Assembly (NCBI GenBank): GCA_964016885.1
Contig: OZ024740.1
Span: 10,664,001-10,728,000, forward strand
Direction: 5' to 3'
Source: Eledone cirrhosa
Lineage: Eukaryota
Length of the DNA: 64,000 nt
The first letter of the stretch is position 1, and each line of letters begins with the position of its first letter. The position numbers were made by a program, and so were the translations under genes. The notes below the pieces were generated by a model. That model saw only the letters and a list, made by a program, of their open reading frames with translations, was not told where the DNA came from and did no database searches. Below, piece by piece: positions 20,101 through 35,100 of this stretch.

Positions 20101-23100
20101 CCTGGTGGAACCCATCTTAATACCTGTTGGAGCCCATCTTAATACCAGCTGGAGCCCATCTTAATACTTGTTGGAGCCCATCTTAATACTTGTTGGAGCC
20201 CATCTTAATACCTGGTGGAGCTCATAAAACCTGGTGGAGCCCATCTTAATACCTGGTGGAGCCCATCTTAATACCTGGCCCAGCCCATCATAAACCTAGT
20301 GGAGCACGTCTTAATACCTGGTGGAGCCCATCTTAATACCTGGTGGACCCCATCTTAAAACCTGGTGGACACCATCTTAATACCTGGTGGAGCCCGTCTT
20401 AATACCTGGTGGACCCCATCTTAGTACCTGGTGGACCCCATCTTGATACCAGCTGGAGCCCATCTTAATACTTGGTGGAGCCCATCTTAATACCTGGTGG
20501 AGCCCATGTTAAAACCTGGTGGACCCCATCTTAAAACCTGGTGGAGCACGTCTTAATACCTGGTGGAGCCCATCTAAAAACCAGGTGGAGCATGTCTTAA
20601 TACCTGGTGGAGCCCATCTTAATACCTGGTGGAGCCCATCTTAATACCTGGTGGAGCCCTTAAAAACTGGTGGAGCCCATCTTAATACCTGGTGGAGCCC
20701 ATCTTAAAACCTGGTGGAGCCCATCTTAATACCTGGTTGACCCCATCTTAAAACCTAGTGGACCACATCTTAATACCTGGTGGACCCCATCTTAATACCT
20801 GGTGGAGGCCATCTTAAAGTATGGTGGAGCCCATCTTAAAACTTGGTGGACCCCATCTTAATACGTGGTGGAGCCCTTCTTAAAAACTGGTGGAGCCCAT
20901 CTTAATACCTGGTGGAGCCCATCTTAAAACCTGGTGGAACCCATCTTAATACCTGTTGGAGCCCATCTTACTACCTGGTGGAGCCCATCATAAACCTAGT
21001 GGAGCACGTCTTAATACCTGGTGGAGCCCATCTTAATACCTGGTGGACCCCATCTTAAAACCTGGTGGACACCATCTTAATACCTGGTGGAGCCCGTCTT
21101 AATACCTGGTGGACGCCATCGTAATAGCTGGTGGACCACATTTTAATACCTGGTGGAGCCCATCTTAAAACCAAATGGACCCCATCTTAAAACCTGGTGG
21201 ACCCCATCTTAGTACCTGGTGGACCCCATCTTAATAGCTGGTGGACCCCATCTTAATAGCTGGTGGAGCCCATCTTAAAATATGGTGGAGCCCATCTTAA
21301 AACCTGGTGGAACCCATCTTAATACCTGTTGGAGCCCATCTTAATACTTGTTGGAGCCCATCTTAATACTTGTTGGAGCCCATCTTAATACCTGGTGGAG
21401 CTCATAAAACCTGGTGGAGCCCATCTTAATACCTGGTGGAGCCCATCTTAATACCTGGCCCAGCCCATCATAAACCTAGTGGAGCACGTCTTAATACCTG
21501 GTGGAGCCCATCTTAATACCTGGTGGACCCCATCTTAAAACCTGGTGGACACCATCTTAATACCTGGTGGAGCCCGTCTTAATACCTGGTGGACCCCATC
21601 TTAGTACCTGGTGGACCCCATCTTGATACCAGCTGGAGCCCATCTTAATACTTGGTGGAGCCCATCTTAATACCTGGTGGAGCCCATGTTAAAACCTGGT
21701 GGACCCCATCTTAAAACCTGGTGGAGCACGTCTTAATACCTGGTGGAGCCCATCTAAAAACCAGGTGGAGCATGTCTTAATACCTGGTGGAGCCCATCTT
21801 AATACCTGGTGGAGCCCATCTTAATACCTGGTGGAGCCCTTAAAAACTGGTGGAGCCCATCTTAATACCTGGTGGAGCCCATCTTAAAACCTGGTGGAGC
21901 CCATCTTAATACCTGGTTGACCCCATCTTAAAACCTAGTGGACCACATCTTAATACCTGGTGGACCCCATCTTAATACCTGGTGGAGGCCATCTTAAAGT
22001 ATGGTGGAGCCCATCTTAAAACTTGGTGGACCCCATCTTAATACGTGGTGGAGCCCTTCTTAAAAACTGGTGGAGCCCATCTTAATACCTGGTGGAGCCC
22101 ATCTTAAAACCTGGTGGAACCCATCTTAATACCTGTTGGAGCACATCTTAATACCTAGTGGAGCCCATCTTAAAACCTGGTGGAGCTCATCATAAAACCT
22201 GGTGGAGCCCATCTTAATACCTGGTGGAGCTCATCTTAATACCTGGTGGAGCCCATCTTAATACCTAGTGGAGCCCATCTTAAAACCTGGTGGAGACCAT
22301 CTTAATACCTGGTGGAGCCCATCTTAATACCTGGTGGAGCCCATCTTAATACCTAGTGGAGCCCATCTTAAAACCTGGTGGAGCCCATCTTAATACCTTG
22401 TGGAGCCCATCTTACTACCTGGTGGAGCCCATCATAAACCTAGTGGAGCACGTCTTAATACCTGGTGGAGCCCATCTTAATACCTGGTGGACACCATCTT
22501 AAAACCTGGTGGACACCATCTTAATACCTGGTGGAGCCCGTCTTAATACCTGGTGGACGCCATCTTAATAGCTGGTGGACCACATTTTAATACCTGGTAG
22601 AGCCCATCTTAAAACCAAATGGACCCCATCTTAGTACCTGGTGGACCCCATCTTAATAGCTGGTGGACCCCATCTTAATAGCTGGTGGAGCCCATCTTAA
22701 AATATGGTGGAGCCCATCTTAAAACCTGGTGGACCCCATCTGAAAACCTGGTGGAACCCATCTTAATACCTGTTGGAGCCCATCTTAATACCAGCTGGAG
22801 CCCATCTTAATACTTGTTGGAGCCCATCTTAATACTTGTTGGAGCCCATCTTAATACCTGGTGGACCCCATCTTTAAACCTGGTGGACCCCATCTTAAAA
22901 CTTGGTGGACACCATCTTAATTACTGGTGGAGCCCATCTTAAAACCTGGTGGAGCCCATTTTAATACCTGGTGGGGCCCATCTTAAAACCTGGTGGAGCC
23001 CATCTTAATACCTAGTTGACCCCATCTTAAAACCTGGTGGACCCCATCTTAATACCTGGTGGACCCCATCTTAATACCTGGTGGAGCCCATCTTAAAATA

Positions 23101-26100
23101 TGGTGGAGCCCATCTTAAAACCTGGTGGACCCCATCTTAAAACCTGGTTGGGCCCATCTTAATACCTGGTGGAACCCATCTTAAAACCTGGTGGAGCCCA
23201 CCTTAAAACCTGGTGGAGCCCATCTTAATACCTGGTGGACCCCATCTTAAAACCTGGTGGAGCCCATCTTAATACCTGGTGGAGCCCTTCTTAAAACCTG
23301 GTGGAGCCCATCTTAATACCTGGTGGAGCCCATCTTAAAACCTGGTGGAGCCCATCTTAATACCTGGTGGAACCCATCTTAATGCCTGGTGGACCCCATC
23401 TTAAAACCTGGTGGACCCCATCTTAAAACCTGTCGGACCCCATCTTAATACCTGTTGGAGCCCATCTTAAAACCTGGTAGAGCCCATCTTAATACCTGGT
23501 GGAGCCCATCTTAATCCTGGTGCCCATCTTAATACCTGGTGGAGCCCATCTAAAAACCTGGTGGAGCCCATCTTAAAACCTGGTGGAGCCCGTCTTAAAA
23601 CCTGGTGGAGCCCATCTTAATACCTGGTGGAGCCCATCTTATTCCTGGTGCCCATCTAAATACCTGGTGGAGCCCATCTTAAAACCTGGTGGAGCCCATC
23701 TTAATACCTGGTGGAGCCCATCTTAATACCTAGTGGAGCCCATCTTAAAACCTGGTGGAGCTCATCATAAAACCTGGTGGAGCCCATCTTAATACCTGGT
23801 GGAGCCCATCTTAATACCTGGTGGAGCCCATCATAAACCTGGTGGAGCCCATCTTAATACCTGGTGGAGCCCATCTTAAAACCAAATGGACCCCATCTTA
23901 AAACCTGGTGCACCCCATCTTAAATCCTGGTGGACCCCATCTTAATAGCTGGTGGAGCCCATCTTAAAACCTGGTGGACCCCATCTGAAAACCTGGTGGA
24001 CCCCATCTTAAAACTTGGTGGACCCAATCTTAATTACTGGTGGAGCCCATCTTAATACCTGGTGGAGCCCATCTTAATACCTAGTGGAGCCCATCTTCAA
24101 ACCTGGTGGAGCCCATCTTAAAACCTGGTGGAGCCGATCTTAATACCTGGTGGACCCCATCTTAAAACCTGGTAGACCCCATCTTAATACCTGGTGGACC
24201 CCATCTTAATACCTGGTGGAGCCCATCTTAAAATATGGTGGAGCCCGTCTTAAAACCTGGTGGAGCCCATCTTAAAACCTGGTGGACCCCATCTTAAAAC
24301 CTGGTGGACCCCATCTTAAAAGCTGGTGGAGCCCATCTTAATACCTGGTGGAGCAAGTCTTAATACCTGGTGGAGCCCATCTTAAAACCTGGTGGACCCC
24401 ATCTGAAAACCTGGTGGACCCCATCTTAAAACCTGGTGGACCCCATCTTAAAAGCTGGTGGAGCCCATCTTAATACCTGGTGGAGCCCTTCTTAAAAACT
24501 GGTGGAGCCCATCTTAATACCTGTTGGAGCACGTCTAAATACCTAGTGGAGCCCATCTTAAAACGTGGTGGAGCTCATCATAAAACCTGGTGGAGCCCAT
24601 CTTAATACCTGGTGGAGCCCATCTTAATACCTGGTGGACCCCATGTTAAAACCTGGTGGAGGCCATCTTAATACCTAGTGGAGCCCATCTTAAAACCTAA
24701 GGAGCTCATCATAAAACCTGGTGGAGCCCATCTTAATACCTGGTGGAGCACGTCTTAATACCTGGTGGAGCACGTCTTAATATCTGGTGGACACCATCTT
24801 TAAACCTGGTTGACCCCATCTTAATACCTGGTGAAGGCCATCTTAATACCTGGTGGAGCCAATCTTAATAGCTCGTGGAGCCCATCTTAATACCTCGTGG
24901 AGCCCATCTTGATACCTGGTGGAGCCCATTTTAATACCTGGTGGGGCCCATCTTAAAACCTGGTGGAGCCCATCTTAATACCTAGTTGACCCCATCTTAA
25001 AACCTGGTGGACCCCATCTTAATACCTGGTGGACCCCATCTTAATACCTGGTGGAGCCCATCTTAAAATATGGTGGAGTCCATCTTAAAACCTGGTGGAC
25101 CCCATCTTAAAACCTGGTTGAGCCCATCTTAATACCTGGTGGAACCCATCTTAAAACCTGGTGGAGCCCACCTTAAAACCTGGTGGAGCCCATCTTAATA
25201 CCTGGTGGACCCCATCTTAAAACCTGGTGGAGCCCATCTTAATACCTGGTGGAGCCCTTCTTAAAACCTGGTGGACCCCATCTTAAAACCTGGTGGACCC
25301 CATCTTAGTACCTGGTGGACCCCATCTTAATAGCTGGTGGACCCCATCTTAATAGCTGGTGGAGCCCATCTTAAAATATGGTGGAGCCCATCTTAAAACC
25401 TGGTGGACCCCATCTGAAAACCTGGTGGAACCCATCTTAATACCTGTTGGAGCCCATCTTAATACCAGCTGGAGTCCATCTTAATACTTGTTGGAGCCCA
25501 TCTTAATACTTGTTGGAGCCCATCTTAATACCTGGTGGAGCTCATAAAACCTGGTGGAGCCCATCTTAATACCTGGTGGAGCCCATCTTAATACCTGGCC
25601 CAGCCCATCATAAACCTAGTGGAGCACGTCTTAATACCTGGTGGAGCCCATCTTAATACCTGGTGGACCCCATCTTAAAACCTGGTGGACACCATCTTAA
25701 TACCTGGTGGAGCCCGTCTTAATACCTGGTGGACCCCATCTTAGTACCTGGTGGACCCCATCTTGATACCAGCTGGAGCCCATCTTAATACTTGGTGGAG
25801 CCCATCTCAATACCTGGTGGAGCCCATCTTAAAACCTGGTGGACCCCATCTTAAAACCTGGTGGAGCACGTCTTAATACCTGGTGGAGCCCATCTAAAAA
25901 CCAGGTGGAGCATGTCTTAATACCTGGTGGAGCCCATCTTAATACCTGGTGGAGCCCTTAAAAACTGGTGGAGCCCATCTTAATACCTGGTGGAGCCCAT
26001 CTTAAAACCTGGTGGAGCCCATCTTAATACCTGGTTGACCCCATCTTAAAACCTAGTGGACCACATCTTAATACCTGGTGGACCCCATCTTAATACCTGG

Positions 26101-29100
26101 TGGAGGCCATCTTAAAGTATGGTGGAGTCCATCTTAAAACTTGGTGGACCCCATCTTAATACGTGGTGGAGCCCTTCTTAAAAACTGGTGGAGCCCATCT
26201 TAATACCTGGTGGAGCCCATCTTAAAACCTGGTGGAACCCATCTTAATACCTGTTGGAGCACATCTTAATACCTAGTGGAGCCCATCTTAAAACCTGGTG
26301 GAGCTCATCATAAAACCTGGTGGAGCCCATCTTAATACCTGGTGGAGCCCATCTTAATACCTGGTGGAGCCCATCTTAATACCTAGTGGAGCCCATCTTA
26401 AAACCTGGTGGAGACCATCTTAATACCTGGTGGAGCCCATCTTAATACCTGGTGGAGCCCATCTTAATACCTAGTGGAGCCCATCTTAAAACCTGGTGGA
26501 GCCCATCTTAATACCTTGTGGAGCCCATCTTACTACCTGGTGGAGCCCATCATAAACCTAGTGGAGCACGTCTTAATACCTGGTGGAGCCCATCTTAATA
26601 CCTGGTGGACACCATCTTAAAACCTGGTGGACACCATCTTAATACCTTGTGGAGCCCATCTTACTACCTGGTGGAGCCCATCATAAACCTAGTGGAGCAC
26701 GTCTTAATACCTGGTGGAGCCCGTCTTAATACTTGGTGGACGCCATCTTAATAACTGGCGGACCACATTTTAATACCTGGTGGAGCCCATCTTAAAACCA
26801 AATGGACCCCATCTTAAAACCTGGTGGACCCCATCTTAGTACCTGGTGGACCCCATCTTAATAGCTGGTGGAGCCCATCTTAAAATATGGTGGAGCCCAT
26901 CTTAAAACCTGGTGGACCCCGTCTTAAAACCTGGTGGAGCTCGTCTTAAAACCTGGTGGAGCCCGTCTTAAAACCTGGTGGAGCCCATCTTAAAACCTGG
27001 TAGACCCCATCTTAAAACCTAGTGGACCCCATATTAAAACCTGGTGAAGCCCATCTTAATACCTGGTACCCAACTTAATACCTGGTGGAGCCCATCTTAA
27101 AACCTGGTGGAGCCCATCTTAATACCTGGTGGAGCCCATCTTAATACCTAGTGGACCCCATCTTAATACCGGGTGGACCCCATCTTAAAACCTGGTGGAG
27201 CCCATCTTAAAACCAGGTGGAGCACATCTTAATACCTGGTGGACCCCATTTTAAACCTGGTGGAGCCCATCTTAAACCTGGTGGACCCCATCTTAAAACC
27301 TGGTGGAGCCCATCTTAATACCTGGTGGACCCCATCTTAATACCTGGTGGACCCCATCTTAAAACCTGGTGGACCCCATGTTTATTACTGGCGGAGCCCA
27401 TCTTAATACCTGGTGGAGCACATCTTAATACCTGGTGGAGCCCATCTTAAAACCTGGTTGAGCCCATCTTAATACCTGGTAGAGCCCATCTTGAAACCTG
27501 GTGGACGCCATCTTAAAACCTGGTGGAGCCCATCTTAATACCTGGTGGAGCCCATCTTAAAACCTGGTGGAGCCCATCTTAATACCTGGTGGAGCCCATC
27601 TTAAAACCTGGTGGAGCACTTCTTAAAAGCTGGTGGAGCCCATCTTAAAACCTGGTGGACCCCATCTTAAAACCTGTCGGACCTCATCATAATACCTGTT
27701 GGAGCCCATCTTAAAACCTGGTAGAGTCCGTCTTAAAACCTGGTGGAGCCCATCTTAATACCTGGTGGAGCCCATCATAAAACCTGGTGCCCATCTTAAT
27801 ACCTGGTGGAGCCCATCTTAAAACCTGGTGGAGCCCATCTTAATACCTGGTGGAGCCCATCTTAATACCTGGTGGACCCCATCTTAAAACCTGGTGGACC
27901 CCATCTTAAAACCTGGTGGATCCCATCTTAATACCTGGTGAAGCCCATCTTAATACCTGGTGGAGCCCATCTTAATACGTGGTCGACCCCATCTTAATAC
28001 CTGGTGGAGCCCATCTTAAAGCCTGGTGGAGCCCATCTTAATAGCTGGTGGACCCCATCTTAAATCCTGGTGGACCACATCTTAAATCCTGGTGGACCAC
28101 ATCTTAAATCCTGGTGGACCACATCTTAATACCTGGTCGACCCATCTTAATACCTGGTGGAGCCCGTCTTAAAACCTGGTGGAGCCAATCTTAAAACCTG
28201 GTGGGGCCCATCTTAAAACCAGGTGGACCCTATCTTAAAACCTGGTGCACCCCATCTTAAAACCTGGTGGACCCCATCTTAAAACCTGGTGGACCCCATC
28301 TTAATACCTGGTGGACCCCATCTTAATAGCTGGTGGAGCCCATCTTAAAACATGGTGGAGCACATCTTAAAACCTGGTGGAGCACGTCTTAAAACCTGGT
28401 GGAGCCCATCTTAAACCTGGTTGAGCACGTCTTAATACGTGGTGGAGCCCATCTTAATAGCTGGTGGAGCCCATCTTATAATATGGTGGAGCCCATCTTA
28501 AAACCTGGTGGACCCCATTTTAAAACCTGGTGGACCCCGTCTTAAAACCTGGTGGAGCCCATCTTAATACCTAGTGGAGCCCATCTTAAAACCTGGTGGA
28601 GCCCATCTTAAAACCTGGTGGAGCCCATCTTAAAACCTGGTGGAGCCCATCTTAATACCTGGTGGACCCCATCTTAATACCTGGTGGAGCCCATCTTAAT
28701 ACCTGGTGGACCCCATCTTAATACCTGGTGGAGCCCATCTTAAAACCTGGTGGAGCCCATCTTAATACCTGGTGGAGCCCATCATAAAACCTGGTGCCCA
28801 TCTTAATACCTGGTGGAGCCCATCTTAAAACCTGGTGGAGCCCATCTTAATACCTGGTGGAGCCCATCTTAATACCTGGTGGACCCCATCTTAAAACCTG
28901 GTGGACCCCATCTTAAAACCTGGTGGATCCCATCTTAATACCTGGTGAAGCCCATCTTAATACCTGGTGGACCCCATCTTACTACCTGGTGGAGCCCATC
29001 TTAATACGTGGTCGACCCCATCTTAATACCTGGTGGAGCCCATCTTAAAGCCTGGTGGAGTCCATCTTAATAGCTGGTGGACCCCATCTTAAATCCTGGT

Positions 29101-32100
29101 GGACCACATCTTAAATCCTGGTGGACCACATCTTAATACCTGGTGGACCCATCTTAATACCTGGTGGAGCCCGTCTTAAAACCTGGTGGAGCCCATCTTA
29201 ATACCTGGTGGACCCCATCTTACTACCTGGTGGAGCCCATCTTAATACGTGGTCGACCCCATCTTAATACCTGGTGGAGCCCATCTTAAAGCCTGGTGGA
29301 GCCCATCTTAATAGCTGGTGGACCCCATCTTAAATCCTGGTGGACCACATCTTAAATCCTGGTGGACCACATCTTAAATCCTGGTGGACCACATCTTAAT
29401 ACCTGGTCGACCCATCTTAATACCTGGTGGAGCCCGTCTTAAAACCTGGTGGAGCCAATCTTAAAACCTGGTGGGGCGCATCTTAAAACCAGGTGGACCC
29501 TATCTTAAAACCTGGTGCACCCCATCTTAAAACCTGGTGGACCCCATCTTAAAACCTGGTGGACCCCATCTTAATACCTGGTGGACCCCATCTTAATAGC
29601 TGGTGGAGTCCATCTTAAAACATGGTGGAGCACATCTTAAAACCTGGTGGAGCACGTCTTAAAACCTGGTGGAGCCCATCTTAAACCTGGTTGAGCACGT
29701 CTTAATACGTGGTGGAGCCCATCTTAATAGCTGGTGGAGCCCATCTTATAATATGGTGGAGCCCATCTTAAAACCTGGTGGACCCCATCTTAAAACCTGG
29801 TGGACCCCGTCTTAAAACCTGGTGGAGCCCATCTTAATACCTAGTGGAGCCCATCTTAAAACCTGGTGGAGCCCATCTTAAAACCTGGTGGAGCCCATCT
29901 TAATACCTGGTGGACCCATCTTAATACCTGGTGGAGCCCATCTTAATACCCGGTGGACCCCATCTTAATACCTGGTGGAGCCCATCTTAAAACCTGGTGG
30001 AGCCCATCTTAATACCTGGTGGAGCCCATCATAAAACCTGGTGCCCATCTTAATACCTGGTGGAGCCCATCTTAAAACCTGGTGGAGCCCATCTTAATAC
30101 CTGGTGGAGCCCATCTTAATACCTGGTGGACCCCATCTTAAAACCTGGTGGACCCCATCTTAAAACCTGGTGGATCCCATCTTAATACCTGGTGAAGCCC
30201 ATCTTAATACCTGGTGGACCCCATCTTACTACCTGGTGGAGCCCATCTTAATACGTGGTCGACCCCATCTTAATACCTGGTGGAGCCCATCTTAAAGCCT
30301 GGTGGAGCCCATCTTAATAGCTGGTGGACCCCATCTTAAATCCTGGTGGACCACATCTTAAATCCTGGTGGACCACATCTTAATACCTGGTGGACCCATC
30401 TTAATACCTGGTGGAGCCCGTCTTAAAACCTGGTGGAGCCCATCTTAAAACCTGGTGGGGCCCATCTTAAAACCAGGTGGACCCCATCTTAAAACCTGGT
30501 GCACCCCATCTTAAAACCTGGTGGACCCCATCTTAAAACCTGGTGGAGCCCATCTTAAAACATGGAGCCCATCTTAAAACCTGGTGGAGCCCATCTTAAA
30601 CCTGGTTGAGCACGTCTTAATACGTGGTGGAGCCCATCTTAATAGCTGGTGGAGCCCATCTTATAATATGGTGGAGCCCATCTTAAAACCTGGTGGACCC
30701 CATCTTAAAACCTGGTGGACCCCGTCTTAAAACCTGGTGGAGCCCATCTTAATACCTAGTGGAGCCCATCTTAAAACCTGGTGGAGCCCATCTTAAAACC
30801 TGGTGGTTCTCATCATAAAACCTGGTGCAGCCCATCTTAATACCTGGTGGAGCCCATCTTAATACCTGGTGGACCCCATCTTTAAACCTGCTGAACTCCA
30901 TCTTAAAACCTGGTGGACACCATCTTAATACCTGGTGGAGCCCGTCTTAATACCTGATGGACCCCATCTTAATAGCTGGTGGACCACATCTTAAAACCTG
31001 GTGGAGCCCATCTTAATACCTGGTGGAGCCCATCTTAATACCTGGTGGACCCCATCTTAAAACCTGGTGGACCCCATCTTAAAACCTGATGGATCCCATC
31101 TTAATACCTGGTGAAGCCCATCTTAATACCTGGTGGACCCCATCTTACTACCTGGTGGAGCCCATCTTAATACGTGGTCGACCCCATCTTAATACCTGGT
31201 GGAGCCCATCTTAAAGCCTGGTGGAGCCCATCTTAATAGCTGGTGGACCCCATCTTAAATCCTGGTGGACCACATCTTAAATCCTGGTGGACCACATCTT
31301 AATACCTGGTGGACCCATCTTAATACCTGGTGGAGCCCGTCTTAAAACCTGGTGGAGCCCATCTTAATACCTGGTGGACCCCATCTTACTACCTGGTGGA
31401 GCCCATCTTAGTACCTGGTGGACCCCATCTTAATAGCTGGTGGACCCCATCTTAATAGCTGGTGGAGCCCATCTTAAAATATGGTGGAGCCCATCTTAAA
31501 ACCTGGTGGACCCCATCTGAAAACCTGGTGGAACCCATCTTAATACCTGTTGGAGCCCATCTTAATACCAGCTGGAGCCCATCTTAATACTTGTTGGAGC
31601 CCATCTTAATACTTGTTGGAGCCCATCTTAATACCTGGTGGAGCTCATAAAACCTGGTGGAGCCCATCTTAATACCTGGTGGAGCCCATCTTAATACCTG
31701 GCCCAGCCCATCATAAACCTAGTGGAGCACGTCTTAATACCTGGTGGAGCCCATCTTAATACCTGGTGGACCCCATCTTAAAACCTGGTGGACACCATCT
31801 TAATACCTGGTGGAGCCCGTCTTAATACCTGGTGGACCCCATCTTAGTACCTGGTGGACCCCATCTTGATACCAGCTGGAGCCCATCTTAATACTTGGTG
31901 GAGCCCATCTTAATACCTGGTGGAGCCCATGTTAAAACCTGGTGGACCCCATCTTAAAACCTGGTGGAGCACGTCTTAATACCTGGTGGAGCCCATCTAA
32001 AAACCAGGTGGAGCATGTCTTAATACCTGGTGGAGCCCATCTTAATACCTGGTGGAGCCCATCTTAATACCTGGTGGAGCCCTTAAAAACTGGTGGAGCC

Positions 32101-35100
32101 CATCTTAATACCTGGTGGAGCCCATCTTAAAACCTGGTGGAGCCCATCTTAATACCTGGTTGACCCCATCTTAAAACCTAGTGGACCACATCTTAATACC
32201 TGGTGGACCCCATCTTAATACCTGGTGGAGGCCATCTTAAAGTATGGTGGAGCCCATCTTAAAACTTGGTGGACCCCATCTTAATACGTGGTGGAGCCCT
32301 TCTTAAAAACTGGTGGAGCCCATCTTAATACCTGGTGGAGCCCATCTTAAAACCTGGTGGAACCCATCTTAATACCTGTTGGAGCCCATCTTACTACCTG
32401 GTGGAGCCCATCATAAACCTAGTGGAGCACGTCTTAATACCTGGTGGAGCCCATCTTAATACCTGGTGGACCCCATCTTAAAACCTGGTGGACACCATCT
32501 TAATACCTGGTGGAGCCCGTCTTAATACCTGGTGGACGCCATCGTAATAGCTGGTGGACCACATTTTAATACCTGGTGGAGCCCATCTTAAAACCAAATG
32601 GACCCCATCTTAAAACCTGGTGGACCCCATCTTAGTACCTGGTGGACCCCATCTTAATAGCTGGTGGACCCCATCTTAATAGCTGGTGGAGCCCATCTTA
32701 AAATATGGTGGAGCCCATCTTAAAACCTGGTGGAACCCATCTTAATACCTGTTGGAGCCCATCTTAATACTTGTTGGAGCCCATCTTAATACTTGTTGGA
32801 GCCCATCTTAATACCTGGTGGAGCTCATAAAACCTGGTGGAGCCCATCTTAATACCTGGTGGAGCCCATCTTAATACCTGGCCCAGCCCATCATAAACCT
32901 AGTGGAGCACGTCTTAATACCTGGTGGAGCCCATCTTAATACCTGGTGGACCCCATCTTAAAACCTGGTGGACACCATCTTAATACCTGGTGGAGCCCGT
33001 CTTAATACCTGGTGGACCCCATCTTAGTACCTGGTGGACCCCATCTTGATACCAGCTGGAGCCCATCTTAATACTTGGTGGAGCCCATCTTAATACCTGG
33101 TGGAGCCCATGTTAAAACCTGGTGGACCCCATCTTAAAACCTGGTGGAGCACGTCTTAATACCTGGTGGAGCCCATCTAAAAACCAGGTGGAGCATGTCT
33201 TAATACCTGGTGGAGCCCATCTTAATACCTGGTGGAGCCCATCTTAATACCTGGTGGAGCCCTTAAAAACTGGTGGAGCCCATCTTAATACCTGGTGGAG
33301 CCCATCTTAAAACCTGGTGGAGCCCATCTTAATACCTGGTTGACCCCATCTTAAAACCTAGTGGACCACATCTTAATACCTGGTGGACCCCATCTTAATA
33401 CCTGGTGGAGGCCATCTTAAAGTATGGTGGAGCCCATCTTAAAACTTGGTGGACCCCATCTTAATACGTGGTGGAGCCCTTCTTAAAAACTGGTGGAGCC
33501 CATCTTAATACCTGGTGGAGCCCATCTTAAAACCTGGTGGAACCCATCTTAATACCTGTTGGAGCACATCTTAATACCTAGTGGAGCCCATCTTAAAACC
33601 TGGTGGAGCTCATCATAAAACCTGGTGGAGCCCATCTTAATACCTGGTGGAGCTCATCTTAATACCTGGTGGAGCCCATCTTAATACCTAGTGGAGCCCA
33701 TCTTAAAACCTGGTGGAGACCATCTTAATACCTGGTGGAGCCCATCTTAATACCTGGTGGAGCCCATCTTAATACCTAGTGGAGCCCATCTTAAAACCTG
33801 GTGGAGCCCATCTTAATACCTTGTGGAGCCCATCTTACTACCTGGTGGAGCCCATCATAAACCTAGTGGAGCACGTCTTAATACCTGGTGGAGCCCATCT
33901 TAATACCTGGTGGACACCATCTTAAAACCTGGTGGACACCATCTTAATACCTGGTGGAGCCCGTCTTAATACCTGGTGGACGCCATCTTAATAGCTGGTG
34001 GACCACATTTTAATACCTGGTAGAGCCCATCTTAAAACCAAATGGACCCCATCTTAGTACCTGGTGGACCCCATCTTAATAGCTGGTGGACCCCATCTTA
34101 ATAGCTGGTGGAGCCCATCTTAAAATATGGTGGAGCCCATCTTAAAACCTGGTGGACCCCATCTGAAAACCTGGTGGAACCCATCTTAATACCTGTTGGA
34201 GCCCATCTTAATACCAGCTGGAGCCCATCTTAATACTTGTTGGAGCCCATCTTAATACTTGTTGGAGCCCATCTTAATACCTGGTGGACCCCATCTTTAA
34301 ACCTGGTGGACCCCATCTTAAAACTTGGTGGACACCATCTTAATTACTGGTGGAGCCCATCTTAAAACCTGGTGGAGCCCATTTTAATACCTGGTGGGGC
34401 CCATCTTAAAACCTGGTGGAGCCCATCTTAATACCTAGTTGACCCCATCTTAAAACCTGGTGGACCCCATCTTAATACCTGGTGGACCCCATCTTAATAC
34501 CTGGTGGAGCCCATCTTAAAATATGGTGGAGCCCATCTTAAAACCTGGTGGACCCCATCTTAAAACCTGGTTGGGCCCATCTTAATACCTGGTGGAACCC
34601 ATCTTAAAACCTGGTGGAGCCCACCTTAAAACCTGGTGGAGCCCATCTTAATACCTGGTGGACCCCATCTTAAAACCTGGTGGAGCCCATCTTAATACCT
34701 GGTGGAGCCCTTCTTAAAACCTGGTGGAGCCCATCTTAATACCTGGTGGAGCCCATCTTAAAACCTGGTGGAGCCCATCTTAATACCTGGTGGAACCCAT
34801 CTTAATGCCTGGTGGACCCCATCTTAAAACCTGGTGGACCCCATCTTAAAACCTGTCGGACCCCATCTTAATACCTGTTGGAGCCCATCTTAAAACCTGG
34901 TAGAGCCCATCTTAATACCTGGTGGAGCCCATCTTAATCCTGGTGCCCATCTTAATACCTGGTGGAGCCCATCTAAAAACCTGGTGGAGCCCATCTTAAA
35001 ACCTGGTGGAGCCCGTCTTAAAACCTGGTGGAGCCCATCTTAATACCTGGTGGAGCCCATCTTATTCCTGGTGCCCATCTAAATACCTGGTGGAGCCCAT

